From: Nitrospirota bacterium
GTDB lineage: Bacteria; Nitrospirota; Nitrospiria; Nitrospirales; Nitrospiraceae
Length of the DNA: 64,000 bases
Reading direction: 5' to 3'
Assembly: GCA_963701855.1 (NCBI GenBank)
Contig: CAVPBK010000011.1
Span: forward strand, 1 to 64,000
Shown: positions 10,271 to 23,059 of the stretch, one piece after another
How positions within the stretch are numbered: the first letter of the stretch is position 1
How the letters are laid out: every line of letters starts with the position of its first letter
The notes under the pieces: generated by a model
The model's database searches: none
What the model was told of the DNA's origin: nothing
The model's input: only the letters and a program-made list of their open reading frames with translations
Position numbers and translations under genes: made by a program

Positions 10271-10907
10271 TTACAGTGCGTTGACGATGCCGTGGGTGAG
10301 TGCGTATTTGATCAAATCTGCAGTAGTCTTGAGCTTGAGCTGGTCCAGGATCTGTCCCTTATGAAACTCGACGGTTCGTGATGTGATATGCAAGAGATTG
10401 GCAATCTCCTTGGCCGTCCGTCCCTCGGCGAGGAACTGCAGGACTTCGCGCTGGCGGGGAGTAAGGCCTCTCGGTTTCTCCGAAGGGGTGGACAAATAGA
10501 CATCGACCAGCTCTTTCGTGATCAGCGGCGTAATGTAGGAATGGCCCCCGAGCACGGCCCGAATCGCCTGTTCCAATTCATCGACTGCCGACCCCTTGAG
10601 CACATAGGCCGACGCTCCTGCCTCGAAGGCCGATCGCACATAATCCGCACCGGCATGCATCGTCACGATAATGATCTTGGCGGTTGGACAAATCTTTCTT
10701 CAGCTGCGCCGCCGTGTCGATGCCGTTGAGCAACGGCATCGAGATATCCAGGATGACAATGTCGGGCTGGACGGTCTTCGCAGCAGCCAGAAGCGCGTAC
10801 CCATCCCCGACTGTCCCGACCAGCTCATAGTGCTCTTGCAGGATACGGCGAAACCCCTCGAGGACAAGAACGTGATCGTCTGCCAGCAGGACGCGTGGTT
10901 TAGGCAT
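10271..10907 (-). CDS. NarL/LuxR-family response regulator (frameshift near 10695)
   Basis: VLLADDH and DISMP receiver plus LTPRQREVL...TVEFH HTH, split across two frames. Confidence 0.9.
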
Positions 10908-12090
10908 GGGGCTCTCCTCGATCCAATGGAATATCCACCCGGATCTCTGTGCCGTGCTGGGGTGTTGACTCCACCTCCAACGTTCCCTTGGCCATGCGTA
11001 CACGCTCTTTCATACTCAGCAAGCCCAAATGCCCGCTCATCTGATCTCCGTGCGAGGCGTCAAATCCCACGCCGTTGTCACGGACTGAGAGGCTGACCTC
11101 ATCGTACTCGCAAATCAGCTCGACCTCCACCTGTGTGGCCTTGGCATGCCGGGAAATGTTGCTGAGGCATTCCTGTACGACACGATAAATACAAATGGTC
11201 ACGTCGGGCGGCAGTATGCCCGCCGGGTCCTTATGCACATAGGAGCACTGGATGCCTGTGCGCTCGGAAAACTCATTGACCAGGTGGCGTACGGCCTTCA
11301 AGAGCCCCAAGTCATCAAGAATGGACGGATGAAAGCGATAGGCCATTTGTCGAACATCGTTCGAGACAGCCGCCAGGCTGTCGGATACCCGTCGAATCCC
11401 ATCCCGGAGAGGCTCAGGATCGTTCGACGGATCTTTCTCCATCCGTCGAAGATCCATCGAGAGCATTGCGAGGCGTTGATTGATGTCGTCGTGCAGGTCG
11501 CGGGATATTCTCCGCCGATCTGTTTCCTGTGCGGTCAGCAGCTGGCCTGCCAAGGCCCGCAAATCCGCACGACTCTGCTGGAGTTCGTGCTGACTGGCCC
11601 GCAACACGGCGTCGCTCGTCAGAAGTGAATGTTCGGTTTCCATATGTTCTTTGATCTCCGTGACGAGCGCTTGATTCACAGTGGCGAGCTCATGTGTGCG
11701 AGCCTCCACCCGCGTTTCGAGTTCATCGTGCGCCCGCTGTAACAGTTCTTCGGCCCGTCGCCGATGCAGGAAGAACAGCAAGGGCAGCCAAATCGCCGTC
11801 AGGCTGAACAACCGATTGGTGATGCCCATCCACAGTGGCACGCCATCCAGCGTGGGCTTCAGCATAATATCGGTCATGTCGACCACAGAGCAAATGATCG
11901 CCGTGATCAGTGGGCCTTTCCGATATGGCAAGAGAAAGGACAGAATGACGAGCCCACCGTAGAGCACAGAATTCCCGATTCCCAGAGGAAGAGAGAGATC
12001 GAGGAAGAAGACGCCGATGCCCAAACCGATGATAAGGATCAGCAGCCGTCTGGTTGTATGGTGACTCTTCGTGTCCTGTTTACGATACAT
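10900..12090 (-). CDS. membrane sensor histidine kinase (HisKA_3, NarX-like)
   Basis: four TM segments, ISRDLHDDINQ H-box, ECLSNISRHA, DNGVGF. Confidence 0.92.
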   Translation of the reverse strand: MYRKQDTKSHHTTRRLLILIIGLGIGVFFLDLSLPLGIGNSVLYGGLVILSFLLPYRKGPLITAIICSVVDMTDIMLKPTLDGVPLWMGITNRLFSLTAIWLPLLFFLHRRRAEELLQRAHDELETRVEARTHELATVNQALVTEIKEHMETEHSLLTSDAVLRASQHELQQSRADLRALAGQLLTAQETDRRRISRDLHDDINQRLAMLSMDLRRMEKDPSNDPEPLRDGIRRVSDSLAAVSNDVRQMAYRFHPSILDDLGLLKAVRHLVNEFSERTGIQCSYVHKDPAGILPPDVTICIYRVVQECLSNISRHAKATQVEVELICEYDEVSLSVRDNGVGFDASHGDQMSGHLGLLSMKERVRMAKGTLEVESTPQHGTEIRVDIPLDRGEPHA

Positions 12091-12672
12091 GGTTTACACC
12101 GATTCACCTTGAGCGGATTGAGGACTCGACGGCTCAATTAGGAGTCCGAAGTAAGTTCTTCTGTGACTGGTTAAGCCAACACCATGGAGCTCTTCTCATC
12201 TCTGTCCATTATCCATCCGCGAAGGAACCGGCGGCAAGAGCTTGCACTCCGCCGGTGACAGGCAAATCGGACGGTGTCCTGCGATCGAGACAAAAGCTTT
12301 CAGGCCAAGCGAGTTGATAGATGAAGAGCCGGTCTCACGATTCGAACTTGTCCACGTTGATGCCTCGGTGACGCATCTGCACAGCCTCGTGGCCATACCA
12401 TACCTCGAAAGAAGGATAAGTGGTGAAGCGATAGGAACCTCCACTCCCGCTCGATGACCGTGCATAAAGAGAGGATAGGGGTTTGCACGAGCGGACCCTA
12501 CTGAGGGAAGTCACAGGTTTATCATGTAATTTACTAGTGGGGAGTATTTTGACTCGCCGAATGTATGAAATTGGCTGTAGGATGACTGCGTGAAGGCAAC
12601 GTATTCCTGCCTACGAAGGCTGGTTCATTCAAGATATGGAATACGAATCACAAGCGCGTGACTCGTAACATC

Positions 12673-12700
12673 GATGAAGAATTCTTCATGATTTTTTCAT
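12673..12700 (+). promoter_or_regulatory. ATGAA-N6-TTCAT-N6-TTCAT operator-like motif, copy 1
   Basis: GATGAAGAATTCTTCATGATTTTTTCAT; recurs at 16274 and 22755. Confidence 0.6.
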
Positions 12701-12942
12701 GGACCCATCATGTGATGGAGCTAAGGTGCCAACAGGAAAAACACCGTGACGTCCTGACGCACAGAGCCTGTCACGTCGAATCGACAACTGAGAGTTGGAC
12801 CGTGGAAAGAAAGCCGAAGTCAATATGCGATTCGGCCTCTTCCGGCGAGCGAGCCAGTTCGCGACGAGATCCTGCATGTGTTACGCGAAGCTGCTCGTGA
12901 GCGACTAGAGCGCCACACCGCTTGGGCGGGGGGGCTTCATCC

Positions 12943-15900
12943 ATGAATAATCTCGTTCTCATTGCTCTGCGCCGGCCGTACACCTTTGTGGTGCTGGCCA
13001 TCCTCATCCTGGTGTTCGGGTCGTTGGCTGCGGAGGAAGCACCGACCGACGTCTTTCCGGTTATTCAAATTCCTGTCAGCTCTGTCGTCTGGATCTACGA
13101 CAACCTGATGCCGGCGGATGTCGAAGGGCGTATCACCTATGTGTTTGAACGATTTCTAACTCAGACAGTCGAGGGCATCAAATACATCTGGAGCAATTCG
13201 TTATTCGGCAACGCCATCATCAATGTCTATCTTCAGGACGGCGTCGATCTGGGTGGCAGCGAAGCCGATATCATGGCGATTGCGCAGACCACTGTGAAGG
13301 CACTGCCGCCGGATATTAACGCGCCCATGGTCATGCGTCTGTTCCCATCCCAAGTGCCGGTGGCCACATTGCAAGTCACCTCCGATTCACATACACCGGC
13401 GGAGCTCTATAACCTTAGCATCATGCGAATCCGACCCCTCCTGGTCACGATCCCGGGCGCGATCCTGCCGCATCCCTACGGGGGCCAGGACATGCAGGTG
13501 ATGATCAATCTCAATCAGCAGAAATTACTCGCCCGGCACCTCACGCCGGCAGACATCCACCAAGCCCTCGACAGTCAGAATCTCGTGCTGCCGGGGGGGG
13601 ACATCAAGATCAAGTCAACCGACTGGATCGTTCTGACCAACGCGCAACCGCTGAAGATCGAAGACTTCGACGACATCCCGATCAAGCAGGAGGGTAATGC
13701 CTGGATCCATCTGCGCGACGTCAGCGTGACGCGCCTCGCAGGCCGTGTGCAAACAAATGCCGTAATCGTTGATGGCCAGCAGGCCGTCATCATCGTCGTG
13801 ATGAAGAGCAGCGAGGCGTCGACCCTGGAGGTGGTGCAGGGGATCAAGGACATCATCCCGCGCATCGAGCAGATCGTGCCCAACGGCGTGAAGGTGAAGC
13901 TTCTCATCGACGCCTCGGGTTTCGTGAAGCAGGCGATCTCGGACGTGGTGCACGAAATGATCATCGCCGCTTTGCTGGTCGGTACCATCGTCCTGCTGCT
14001 GTTCGGCTCCTGGCGGCCAACGGTCATCGTGCTCACCTCGATCCCGCTGTCGATCCTCAGTCTCGCTCACCGCCCTGCACGCGCTCGGGCAGTCGATCAA
14101 TGTCATGACCCTGGGCGGATTGGCGCTGGCCGTCGGCATTCTCGTCGACGACGCCTCCGTCATGATCGAAAATATCGATACACACCTCGCGACGGGTGCG
14201 CCGCTGGAGAAGGCGATCATCGACGCCGCCAATCAGATCCTGCTCCCAGCGTTCGTCTCCACGCTCTCCATCATGATCGTCTGGGTCCCACTGTTCCATC
14301 TGAGCGGGATCTCCGGCTGGGTGTTCCCGCCGATGGCAGAGGCGGTCATGTTCGCGATGTTCTCCTCATTTATCCTGACGTACACGCTCGTGCCGACCAT
14401 GGCGAAGTATATTCTGAAGATTCATCACACAGTGCACACACCTACGGAGGGCGGACAGCACGAAGCGAAACCGTCGAAGAATCCCTTTGCCCGCTTCCAG
14501 CAGGCGTTCGAAAAGCGCTTCGAGCAGTTCCGTGAAGGCTACACGGCGCAGCTCGAACGGGTGGTCGCCCGTCGTGTCAGTTTCGTCATCGTCGCCTCGG
14601 GCATTGCGGCACTTTCCCTCGTCCTCTATTACTTCAACGGGCGCGAGTTTTTTCCCGAAATCCGGTCAAACATTTTGGCGATGCACATGCGAGCGCCGCT
14701 CGGCACACGCATCGAGGCTTCCGCGCGTATCACGTCCCTGGTGGCGAAGGATGTCGAACGGTTGCTACCAGGCGAGGTCGCAGATATCGTGAGCAATTGC
14801 GGCATACCGGTCGGAGCGCATAACCTGGCCTTCATTCCAACGCCGACGGTCGGCACCCAGGATTGCGACCTCACGATCTCGTTGAAGGATGTCAAGGCGC
14901 CGGTGTGGGACTTTCGACGCATTCTCCGTAAGGGATTGGCAGAGCGCTATCCGGGGACGGAATTCACATTCCAGCCGGCCGATCTGACCGCGAAGATTCT
15001 GAACTTTGGCTCTCTTTCGCCGATCGACGTGCAGATTAACGGCCCGGATCTCTATGCCAACCATGCGTTCGCCAGAAAATTGGCGAGCAAGATTCGGCAG
15101 ATCCCCGGCGCCAGCGATGTGGTGGTCCAGCAGCCGATGGGTATGCCGACCCTCCTCGCCGAATCCGACCGCCGGTTCGCGCTCGGCATGAACCTGGACC
15201 AGACAGACTTCGGTAACAATATGCTCGTGACGACCGCCGGCAGTCAGCAGGTGGATCAGAAGTATTGGCTGGATCGCAAGACCGGCATGTCCTATCGGAT
15301 CAATGTCTATACGCCGCAGCCGCAGCTCACGAGCATCAACGACCTTATGACCGTCCCGGTGGGTCGGGAGGAGGAGGACGACGACGATTCCTCGGGAGCT
15401 GCGAGAAATGTGCAGCTCCTCGGCAATTTGGCGAAGATTTCAGCAATTGGCACGCCCGGTGCGGTCACGCACGGAAATATCATGCCTCTGATCGACGTCT
15501 ATGTGTCTGCCGAGGGACGCGACCTCAATTCCGTCCTGGAAGAGACCGAGGAGGTCATCCACAGCATGGAGTCAGAGCTCCCCAAGGGCTCGATCATCGA
15601 AATCAAAGGCCAAGCCGAAGTGATGCGTGCCGCACTTCGTGAAATGCTCTTCGGCCTCCTCGCCGCGGTCGTGCTGGTGTATCTGCTGAGCGTCGTCAAT
15701 TTCCAATCCTGGGTCGATCCCTTCATCATCATTACGGCCTTGCCCGGCGCACTGGCGGGTATCGCATGGTCGTTGTTCCTGACTCACACGAATATTTCGG
15801 TGCCGTCGCTGATGGGCACGATTATGACGATGGGTACGGCGACAGCCAATTCGATCCTGCTCGTGTCCTACGCCCGCGAGCGGATCGCCGTCCATGGCGA

Positions 15901-16138
15901 CGCGATCCGGGCTGCGGTGGAGTCCGGAAAGGCTCGCATCCGACCGGTGCTCATGACCGCCTCAGCCATGATCATCGGCATGCTGCCGATGGCGACGGCG
16001 AACTCTCAGAATGCCCCGCTGGGTCGCGCCGTCATGGGCGGCCTACTGGTTGCCACCATCTTTACCCTGTATTTTGTGCCCTGCATGTACGCCATGATCT
16101 ACAACCGGCGGAGCACTCTCCAAAAGGTGCAAGTCTGA
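12943..16138 (+). CDS. RND efflux permease, copy 1 (frameshift near 14060)
   Basis: AcrB/CusA-superfamily motifs TLGGLALAVGILVDD and RIRPVLMTA. Confidence 0.92.
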
Positions 16139-16140
16139 AT

Positions 16141-16190
16141 ATGAATAGTCTGCGTGGGAAAGGCCTGGCAATTCTGGCCATATTGTGCGA
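16141..16190 (+). pseudogene. truncated 5' end of the MFP gene at the duplication junction
   Basis: ATGAATAGTCTGCGTGGGAAAGGCCTGGCAATTCTGGCCAT is identical to the sequence from 19783, then homology breaks. Confidence 0.75.
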
Positions 16191-16273
16191 ATACAATACG
16201 ATGAAGCCTGCCCGCGAGGGCTGGTTCTTTTCAGATGTGGAATATGAATCAAGAACGTGGGACGCGTGGCGTC

Positions 16274-16301
16274 GATGAAGATTTTTTCATGATTTTTTCA
16301 T
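16274..16301 (+). promoter_or_regulatory. ATGAA-N6-TTCAT-N6-TTCAT motif, copy 2
   Basis: GATGAAGATTTTTTCATGATTTTTTCAT. Confidence 0.6.
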
Positions 16302-16590
16302 GGCTCCATCATGGAGTGGAGCTAGAGTGCCAACGGAAATAAGGACACCGTGCCGTTCTGAAGCGAAGAGGCTAGTGCATCGAAACAAGAACCGGGGGTT
16401 GAATCGTGGAATGGAGGACGGATTCAAAGAGAAGCAATGCAGCACGGAACTATGGCAGCAGGCGGAAGCGAATACACCAGTCAGGCTTTTCTAGCAATCG
16501 AGCCGTTCGCTACGAGATCCTGCATGTGTTTCGCAGAGCTGCTCGTGAGCGACTAGAGCGCCACACCGCTTGGGCGGGGGGGCTTCATCC

Positions 16591-19500
16591 ATGAATAAAC
16601 TCGTCCTCGTTGCCCTGCGAAAACCGTACACATTTGTTGTTCTGGCCATCCTCATCCTGGTGTTCGGGGCGTTGGCTGCGGAGGAAGCACCGACCGACGT
16701 CTTTCCGGTTATTCAAATTCCTGTCAGTTCCATCGTCTGGATCTACGACAACCTGATGCCGGCGGATGTCGAAGGGCGTATCACCTATGTGTTTGAACGA
16801 TTTCTAACTCAGACAGTAGAGGGCATCAAATACATCTGGAGCAATTCGTTATTCGGCAACGCCATCATCAATGTCTATCTTCAGGACGGTGTCGATCTGG
16901 GTGGCAGCGAAGCCGATATCGCGGCGATTGCGCAGACCACTGTCAAAGCACTGCCGCCGGATATTAACGCGCCCATGGTCATGCGGCTGTTCCCATCCCA
17001 AGTGCCGGTGGCCACCTTGCAAGTCACCTCCGATTCACATACACCGGCGGAGCTCTATAACCTTAGCATCATGCGAATCCGACCCCTCCTGGTCACGATC
17101 CCGGGCGCGATCCTGCCGCATCCCTACGGGGGCCAGGACATGCAGGTGATGATCAATCTCAATCAGCAGAAATTACTCGCCCGGCATCTCACGCCGGCGG
17201 ACATCCACCGAGCCCTCGACAGGCAGAATCTCGTGTTGCCGGGGGGAGACATCAAGATCAAGTCAACCGACTGGATTGTTCTGACCAACGCACAACCGCT
17301 GAAGATCGAAGACTTCGACGACATCCCGATCAAGAAGGAGGGTAATGCCTGGATTCATCTGCGCGACGTCAGCGTGACGCGCCTCGCGGGCCGTGTGCAA
17401 ACAAATGCCGTAATCGTTGATGGCCAGCAGGCCGTCATCATCGTCGTGATGAAGAGCAGCGAGGCGTCGACCCTGGAGGTGGTGCAGGGGATCAAGGATG
17501 TAATCCCACGCATCCAGGAAGTCGTGCCCGAGGGCGTAAAGGTGAAACTTCTCATCGACGCCTCGGGTTTCGTGAAGCAGGCGATCTCGGACGTTGTGCA
17601 CGAAATGATCATCGCCGCTTTGCTGGTCGGCTTCATTGTCCTACTGCTGCTCGGCTCCTGGCGGCCAACGGTCATCGTGCTCACCTCGATCCCGCTGTCG
17701 ATCCTCAGCTCACTCATCGCTCTGCACGCGCTCGGGCAGTCGATCAATGTCATGACCCTGGGTGGATTGGCGCTGGCTGTCGGCATTCTCGTTGACAACG
17801 CCGCCGTCATGATCGAAAATATCGATACGCACATCGAAACGGGTGCGCCGCTGGAGAAGGCGATCATCGACGCCGCCAATCAGATCCTGCTTCCAACGTT
17901 CGTCGCCACGCTCGCCATCACGATCGTCTGGGTCCCACTGTTCCATCTGAGCGGGATCTCCGGCTGGGTGTTCCCGCCGATGGCAGAAGCGGTCATCTTC
18001 GCGATGATCGCCTCATTTATCCTGACGTACACGCTGGTGCCGACCATGGCGAAGTATATTCTGAAGGCTCACCACACAGCGCACACACCTACGGAGGGCG
18101 GACAGCACGAAGCGAAACCGTCGAAGAATCCCTTTGCCCGCTTCCAGCGGGCGTTCCAACAGCGCTTCGAGCAGTTCCGTGACGGCTACACGGCGCAGCT
18201 CGAACGGGTGGTCGCCCGTCGTGTCAGTTTCATCATCGTCTCCTCGGGCATTGCGGTAGCCTCCCTCGTTCTCTTTTACTTCAACGGGCGCGAGTTTTTT
18301 CCCGAAATCAAGTCAGGGATCTTGTCGATGCATATGCGGGCGCCGCTCGGCACACGCATCGAGGCTTCCGCGCGTATCACGTCCCTGGTGGCGAGGGATA
18401 TCGAACGGTTGCTACCAGGCGAGGTCGCAGATATCGTGAGCAATTGCGGCATACCGGTCGGAGCGCATAACCTGGCCTTCATTCCGACGCCGACGGTCGG
18501 CACCCAGGATTGCGACCTCACGATCTCGTTGAAGAATGGCAAGGCGCCGGTGTGGGACTTTCGACGCATTCTCCGTAAGGGATTGGCAGAGCGCTATCCG
18601 GGGACGGAATTCACATTCCAGCCGGCCGATCTGACCGCGAAGATTCTGAACTTTGGCTCTCTTTCGCCGATCGACGTGCAGATTAACGGCCCGGATCTCT
18701 ATGCCAACCATGCGTTCGCCCGAAAATTGGCGAGCAAGATTCGGCAGATCCCCGGCTCCAGCGATGTGGTGGTCCAGCAGCCGATGGGTATGCCGACCCT
18801 CCTCGCCGAATCCAACCGCCAGTTCGCGCTCGGCATGAAAATGAGCCAGGAGGACTTCGGTAACAATATGCTCGTGACGACCGCCGGCAGTCAGCAGGTG
18901 GATCAGAAGTATTGGCTGGATCGCAAGACCGGCATGTCCTATCGGATCAATGTCTATACGCCGCAGTCGCAGCTCACGAGCGTCAAAGATCTTATGACCG
19001 TCCCGGTGGGTCGGGAGGAACGGACCGAACCACGGAAGGTGTGAGAAATGTGCAGCTTCTCGGCAATTTGGCGAAGATTTCAGCAATTGGCACGCCCGGT
19101 GCGGTCACGCACGGAAATATCATGCCTCTGATCGACGTCTACGTGTCCGCCGAGGGACGCGACCTCAATTCCGTCCTGGAAGAGACCGAGGAGGTCATCC
19201 ACAGCATGGAGTCAGAGATCCCCAAGGGCTCGATCATCGAAATCAAAGGCCAAGCCGAAGTGATGCGTGCCGCACTTCGTGAAATGCTCTTCGGCCTCCT
19301 CGCCGCGGTCGTGCTGGTGTATCTGCTGATCGTCGTCAATTTCCAATCCTGGGTCGATCCCTTCATCATCATTACGGCCTTGCCCGGCGCACTGGCGGGC
19401 ATCGCATGGTCGTTGTTCCTGACCCATACGAATATTTCGGTGCCGGCGCTGATGGGTGCGATCATGACGATGGGTACGGCGACAGCCAATGCGATCCTGC

Positions 19501-19781
19501 TCGTGTCCTATGCCCGCGAGCGGATCGCCGTCCATGGCGACGCGATCCGGGCTGCAGTGGAGTCCGGAAAGGCACGTATCCGACCGGTGCTCATGACCGC
19601 CGCAGCCATGATCATCGGCATGCTGCCGATGGCGACGGCGAACTCTCAGAATGCCCCGCTGGGTCGCGCCGTCATGGGCGGCCTACTGGTTGCCACCATC
19701 TTTACCCTGTATTTTGTGCCCTGCATGTACGCCATGATCTACAATAATCGGCGGACCACTCGCCAAAAGGAGCATGTCTGA
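16591..19781 (+). CDS. RND efflux permease, copy 2 (frameshift near 19030)
   Basis: close paralogue of copy 1; TM4 reads ILVDN. Confidence 0.92.
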
Positions 19782-19782
19782 T

Positions 19783-20999
19783 ATGAATAGTCTGCGTGGG
19801 AAAGGCCTGGCAATTCTGGCCATTGTCGTGTGCGTGGCCTATTTCGGTTACCGTTTCTATGTCGGACGGAATCGATGCGGCAGTGCTGAAGGAGTCTACT
19901 CTTGACACTGCTATCCAGAGGGTATCCGTGATCACCCCATCGGCGTTGCCGACGACCGAGTCGATTACGCTGCCCGGCAATATTCAGGCCTGGTATGAGG
20001 CGCAGATTTACGCACAGGTCAGCGGCTATGTAAAGATGTGGTACAAGGATTACGGCGCAATCGTGAAGCAGGGCGATATCCTTGCTGATATCAACGCGCC
20101 GGCTCTCGACGCCCAATATGCCCAAGCCAAGGCTGATCTGGAAACCGAGCGTGCCAAGTATGTCCTGGCTGAACTGACCGCGAAACGCTACTTGAATATG
20201 CGCCAGCACCAGGCGGTCTCGGAACAGGCGATCTCGGTACAGGTTCAAGAGGCGAAAGCCCAAGCGGCGAGAGTCAATGCTGCGGAGCAGAACGTCAAGA
20301 ACTTCGATGCGCTCATCCGGTTCAAGACGATCGTCGCACCCTTTGACGGGGTGGTGACTGTGCGCAACATCAACGTTGGGAACTACGTCAATAAAGAAGC
20401 GAGCTCTGGAGAGGGTGGCGCTGGCGCAATCAGGGACCTCTTTACCGTGGCCGAGGTCAGCTAAGCTGCGCCTCTTCGTCAGCGTGCCTGAGGCGTTCGG
20501 GCCCTTTCTCCAGCCAGGCTTGACGGCCGACGTGACGGTGCCGCAATTCCCCAATCGTCATTTCATCGGCAAGTTTCTAACCGTCGCTCGTGGGTTCGAC
20601 GTCAGCACGCGTACGGCCATCACAGTTTTCGAGATTGACAACGCGGACGGGACGCTTTGGCCCGGCTCCTACGCCACAGTCCGTCTCACGGCTCCGGTCG
20701 ACAGGAACGTTCTCACTATACCAACCACTTCGTTGGTCTTCCAGGAGCACGGCGCGCAAATAGGCTTGGTGAGTGAGGACGACCGCGTGCATTTCAAACC
20801 CATCGCCATAACCAGAGTCCTCGACAATGCCATTGAGGTCACAGACGGGATTTCCGCGAGCGACCGCATTATCAACAATCCCAGCGCTGCGTTGCTGGAA
20901 GGCGACAAGGTGATCATCGTCACGCCCGCACCTGGATATCAGGTTGATTTTGAGACTTCGGCAAAGGAGTCACCGACCACGAAAGCCACGTCCAAATGA
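19783..20999 (+). CDS. RND membrane fusion protein (frameshifted)
   Basis: IYAQVSGYV, DYGAIVKQGD, IVAPFDGVVTVRN, LWPGSYA. Confidence 0.88.
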
Positions 21000-22620
21000 C
21001 GTGCAAGCGCTTACCATCGAGAGCGGAGGTCTCGCATACCGGTCGCGCCGCGGCGCTGTGCGCGAGCTTCCTGTTGCTGGCACTCACCCTGCCTGCTTGT
21101 AGTAATTGGTGTCCCGGCAGTCGATTTGGCCCCCACGTATACTCCACCTGAATATGTCGTCCCTGCCTCATGGCATGGGTCGAGTCCTTTTGTGGAGGCG
21201 ATGCCGGCCGATGCCGAACTCCGTCCGGATTGGTGGAAACTGTACGACGATCCGGTGCTGACCAAGCTCATCGAGCAGGCCCTGGCGGCAAATCCGGATC
21301 TGCAAGCGGCTGCGGAGCGCTTCGTTCAGGCCCGCTATGCAATGATGAAGGCCCGGTCGCAGTACATTCCTCAGCTCGGCATTGGGCTCGGCGCCTCCAA
21401 CAATCAGATATCCAACGAAAAGTTATTTCGCCCTGAGAGTATTCCCCGTGTACAACAAGGACCATGGAGCTTGGAGGGATCGCATCCTGGGAGCCTGATT
21501 TCTGGTCGGCACTCCGCAATGCGACTCGGGTTGAGATCTACCGCGCCGAAGAGCGTGCCGCCGACTATGGGCTCGCGCGCCTCAGCCTGCAAGCGGAGAT
21601 TGCGTCGGATTATTTCACGCTACGCGGCTACGACGCGCAAGCGGCGATCTATAGCTAATCGATCGATCTCTACAAACAGTCGCTCAACCTCGTCCAGACG
21701 GCAGTTCGCCGGCAAGATCGCGTCGGCACTCGACGTCGCCCGCGTCGAATCTCTCCTGTTCAGCACTGAAACGAAATTAGCCCAGATTCAAGGTCAGCGC
21801 CAAGTGACGGAACAGGCAATCGCCATTCTCCTCAATATGATGCCGGGCGGTTTTACGATCGAACCGGTCGATGATATTCGAATGGTGACATTCACGATTC
21901 CAGAGACGATCCCCTCCACCTTGCTTGAGCGTCGACCCGACATCGCCGGAATGGAACGCCGGATGGCGGAGGCAAACCGTGCCATCGGCATCGCCCGCGC
22001 CGCCTTTTTCCCCAATGTGTCGTTCCGGCTCGGCGGTGGGTACGAGGATGATGGCTTCGATCTGTTCAAGCTGGTCAATAGTTTCTGGTCCTATGGTTCC
22101 GCCGTTTCGATGCCGGTCTTCCAGGGTGGGTATCGTCGCGCCCAATTGCAACAATCCTGGTCGGCCTATCGCGAGACGGAAGACCTCTACCGTTCGATGG
22201 TGCTCAACGCCTTTCGCGAGGTCGAGAACAATTTGAGCTTGACGAACCGCCTGACGGTCGCAGTCAATCGGCAAGAGGCCACCGTCGGGGCCACTTTAAA
22301 AACACAAAACATGACCATGGAACTCTATCGGGGTGGTTTGGCTTCCAGCCTTGAACTCATTTTCGCGCAGCTCAACACGCTGTATGGCACGCATCGATCT
22401 CGTTGCCATCAAGGCCGACCTGCTCAAGTCCTCTGTTGCTCTCATCCGTGCGCTCGGCGGAGGGTGGAACCGGAAGCAATTGCCCAATGACGATCAGATC
22501 CAACCGTTCGATACGTTCCAATTTACCAATCTTGCCAAACCGCTGCCTGTTGGGGGAATCGATGTCAACGCGGATAATAATTGGATACATAATGATCTGA
22601 CGAAGCCCTCCGTTCCTTGA
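20996..22620 (+). pseudogene. NodT/OprM-type outer membrane lipoprotein (several frameshifts and one in-frame TAA)
   Basis: lipobox LPAC, DWWKLYDDP, SWEPDFW, LLERRPDIA, LIRALGGGW. Confidence 0.85.
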
Positions 22621-22754
22621 CCGTCTCTCATAAGCTTGTATGTTATAGTGCATCAATCGCCGCTTGACACCCTTAAAGAGTAAGGGTTTGCGCCCCACTC
22701 CTAACAACATCTTGCCTTAGCCTCCTGTTCATAATTTTTAGAGACATAACAATT

Positions 22755-22782
22755 GATGAACAATTTTTCATGATTTGTTCAT
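22755..22782 (+). promoter_or_regulatory. ATGAA-N6-TTCAT-N6-TTCAT motif, copy 3
   Basis: GATGAACAATTTTTCATGATTTGTTCAT. Confidence 0.6.
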
Positions 22783-23059
22783 AGTTCCATCATCTGACAA
22801 AGCTACAGTGACAGCAACGACTGAGGACAGAATGCCGTTCTGAAACCAAGCGCATGTCGCGTCGAATTAGCGGCTGGGAGGCTAAATCATGAAATGGAGG
22901 ATAACGCCGCCAGATTCGAAGTGGGGTGGAACATGATGCAAAATAATGCAGAGCTGGCGCTTCAGGACCTTCCAAGGACCGAACAGTTCTCCATGAAATC
23001 CTGCGCTCGTCGTGCGAGCCTGCTCGTAAGCGAGTGGTTCTACGGCTTGCATAATACTG

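Noticed and set aside
14040..14080. programmed frameshift in RND copy 1
   Set aside because: Copy 2 is in frame at the same position and there is no slippery sequence; a single-base insertion explains it.
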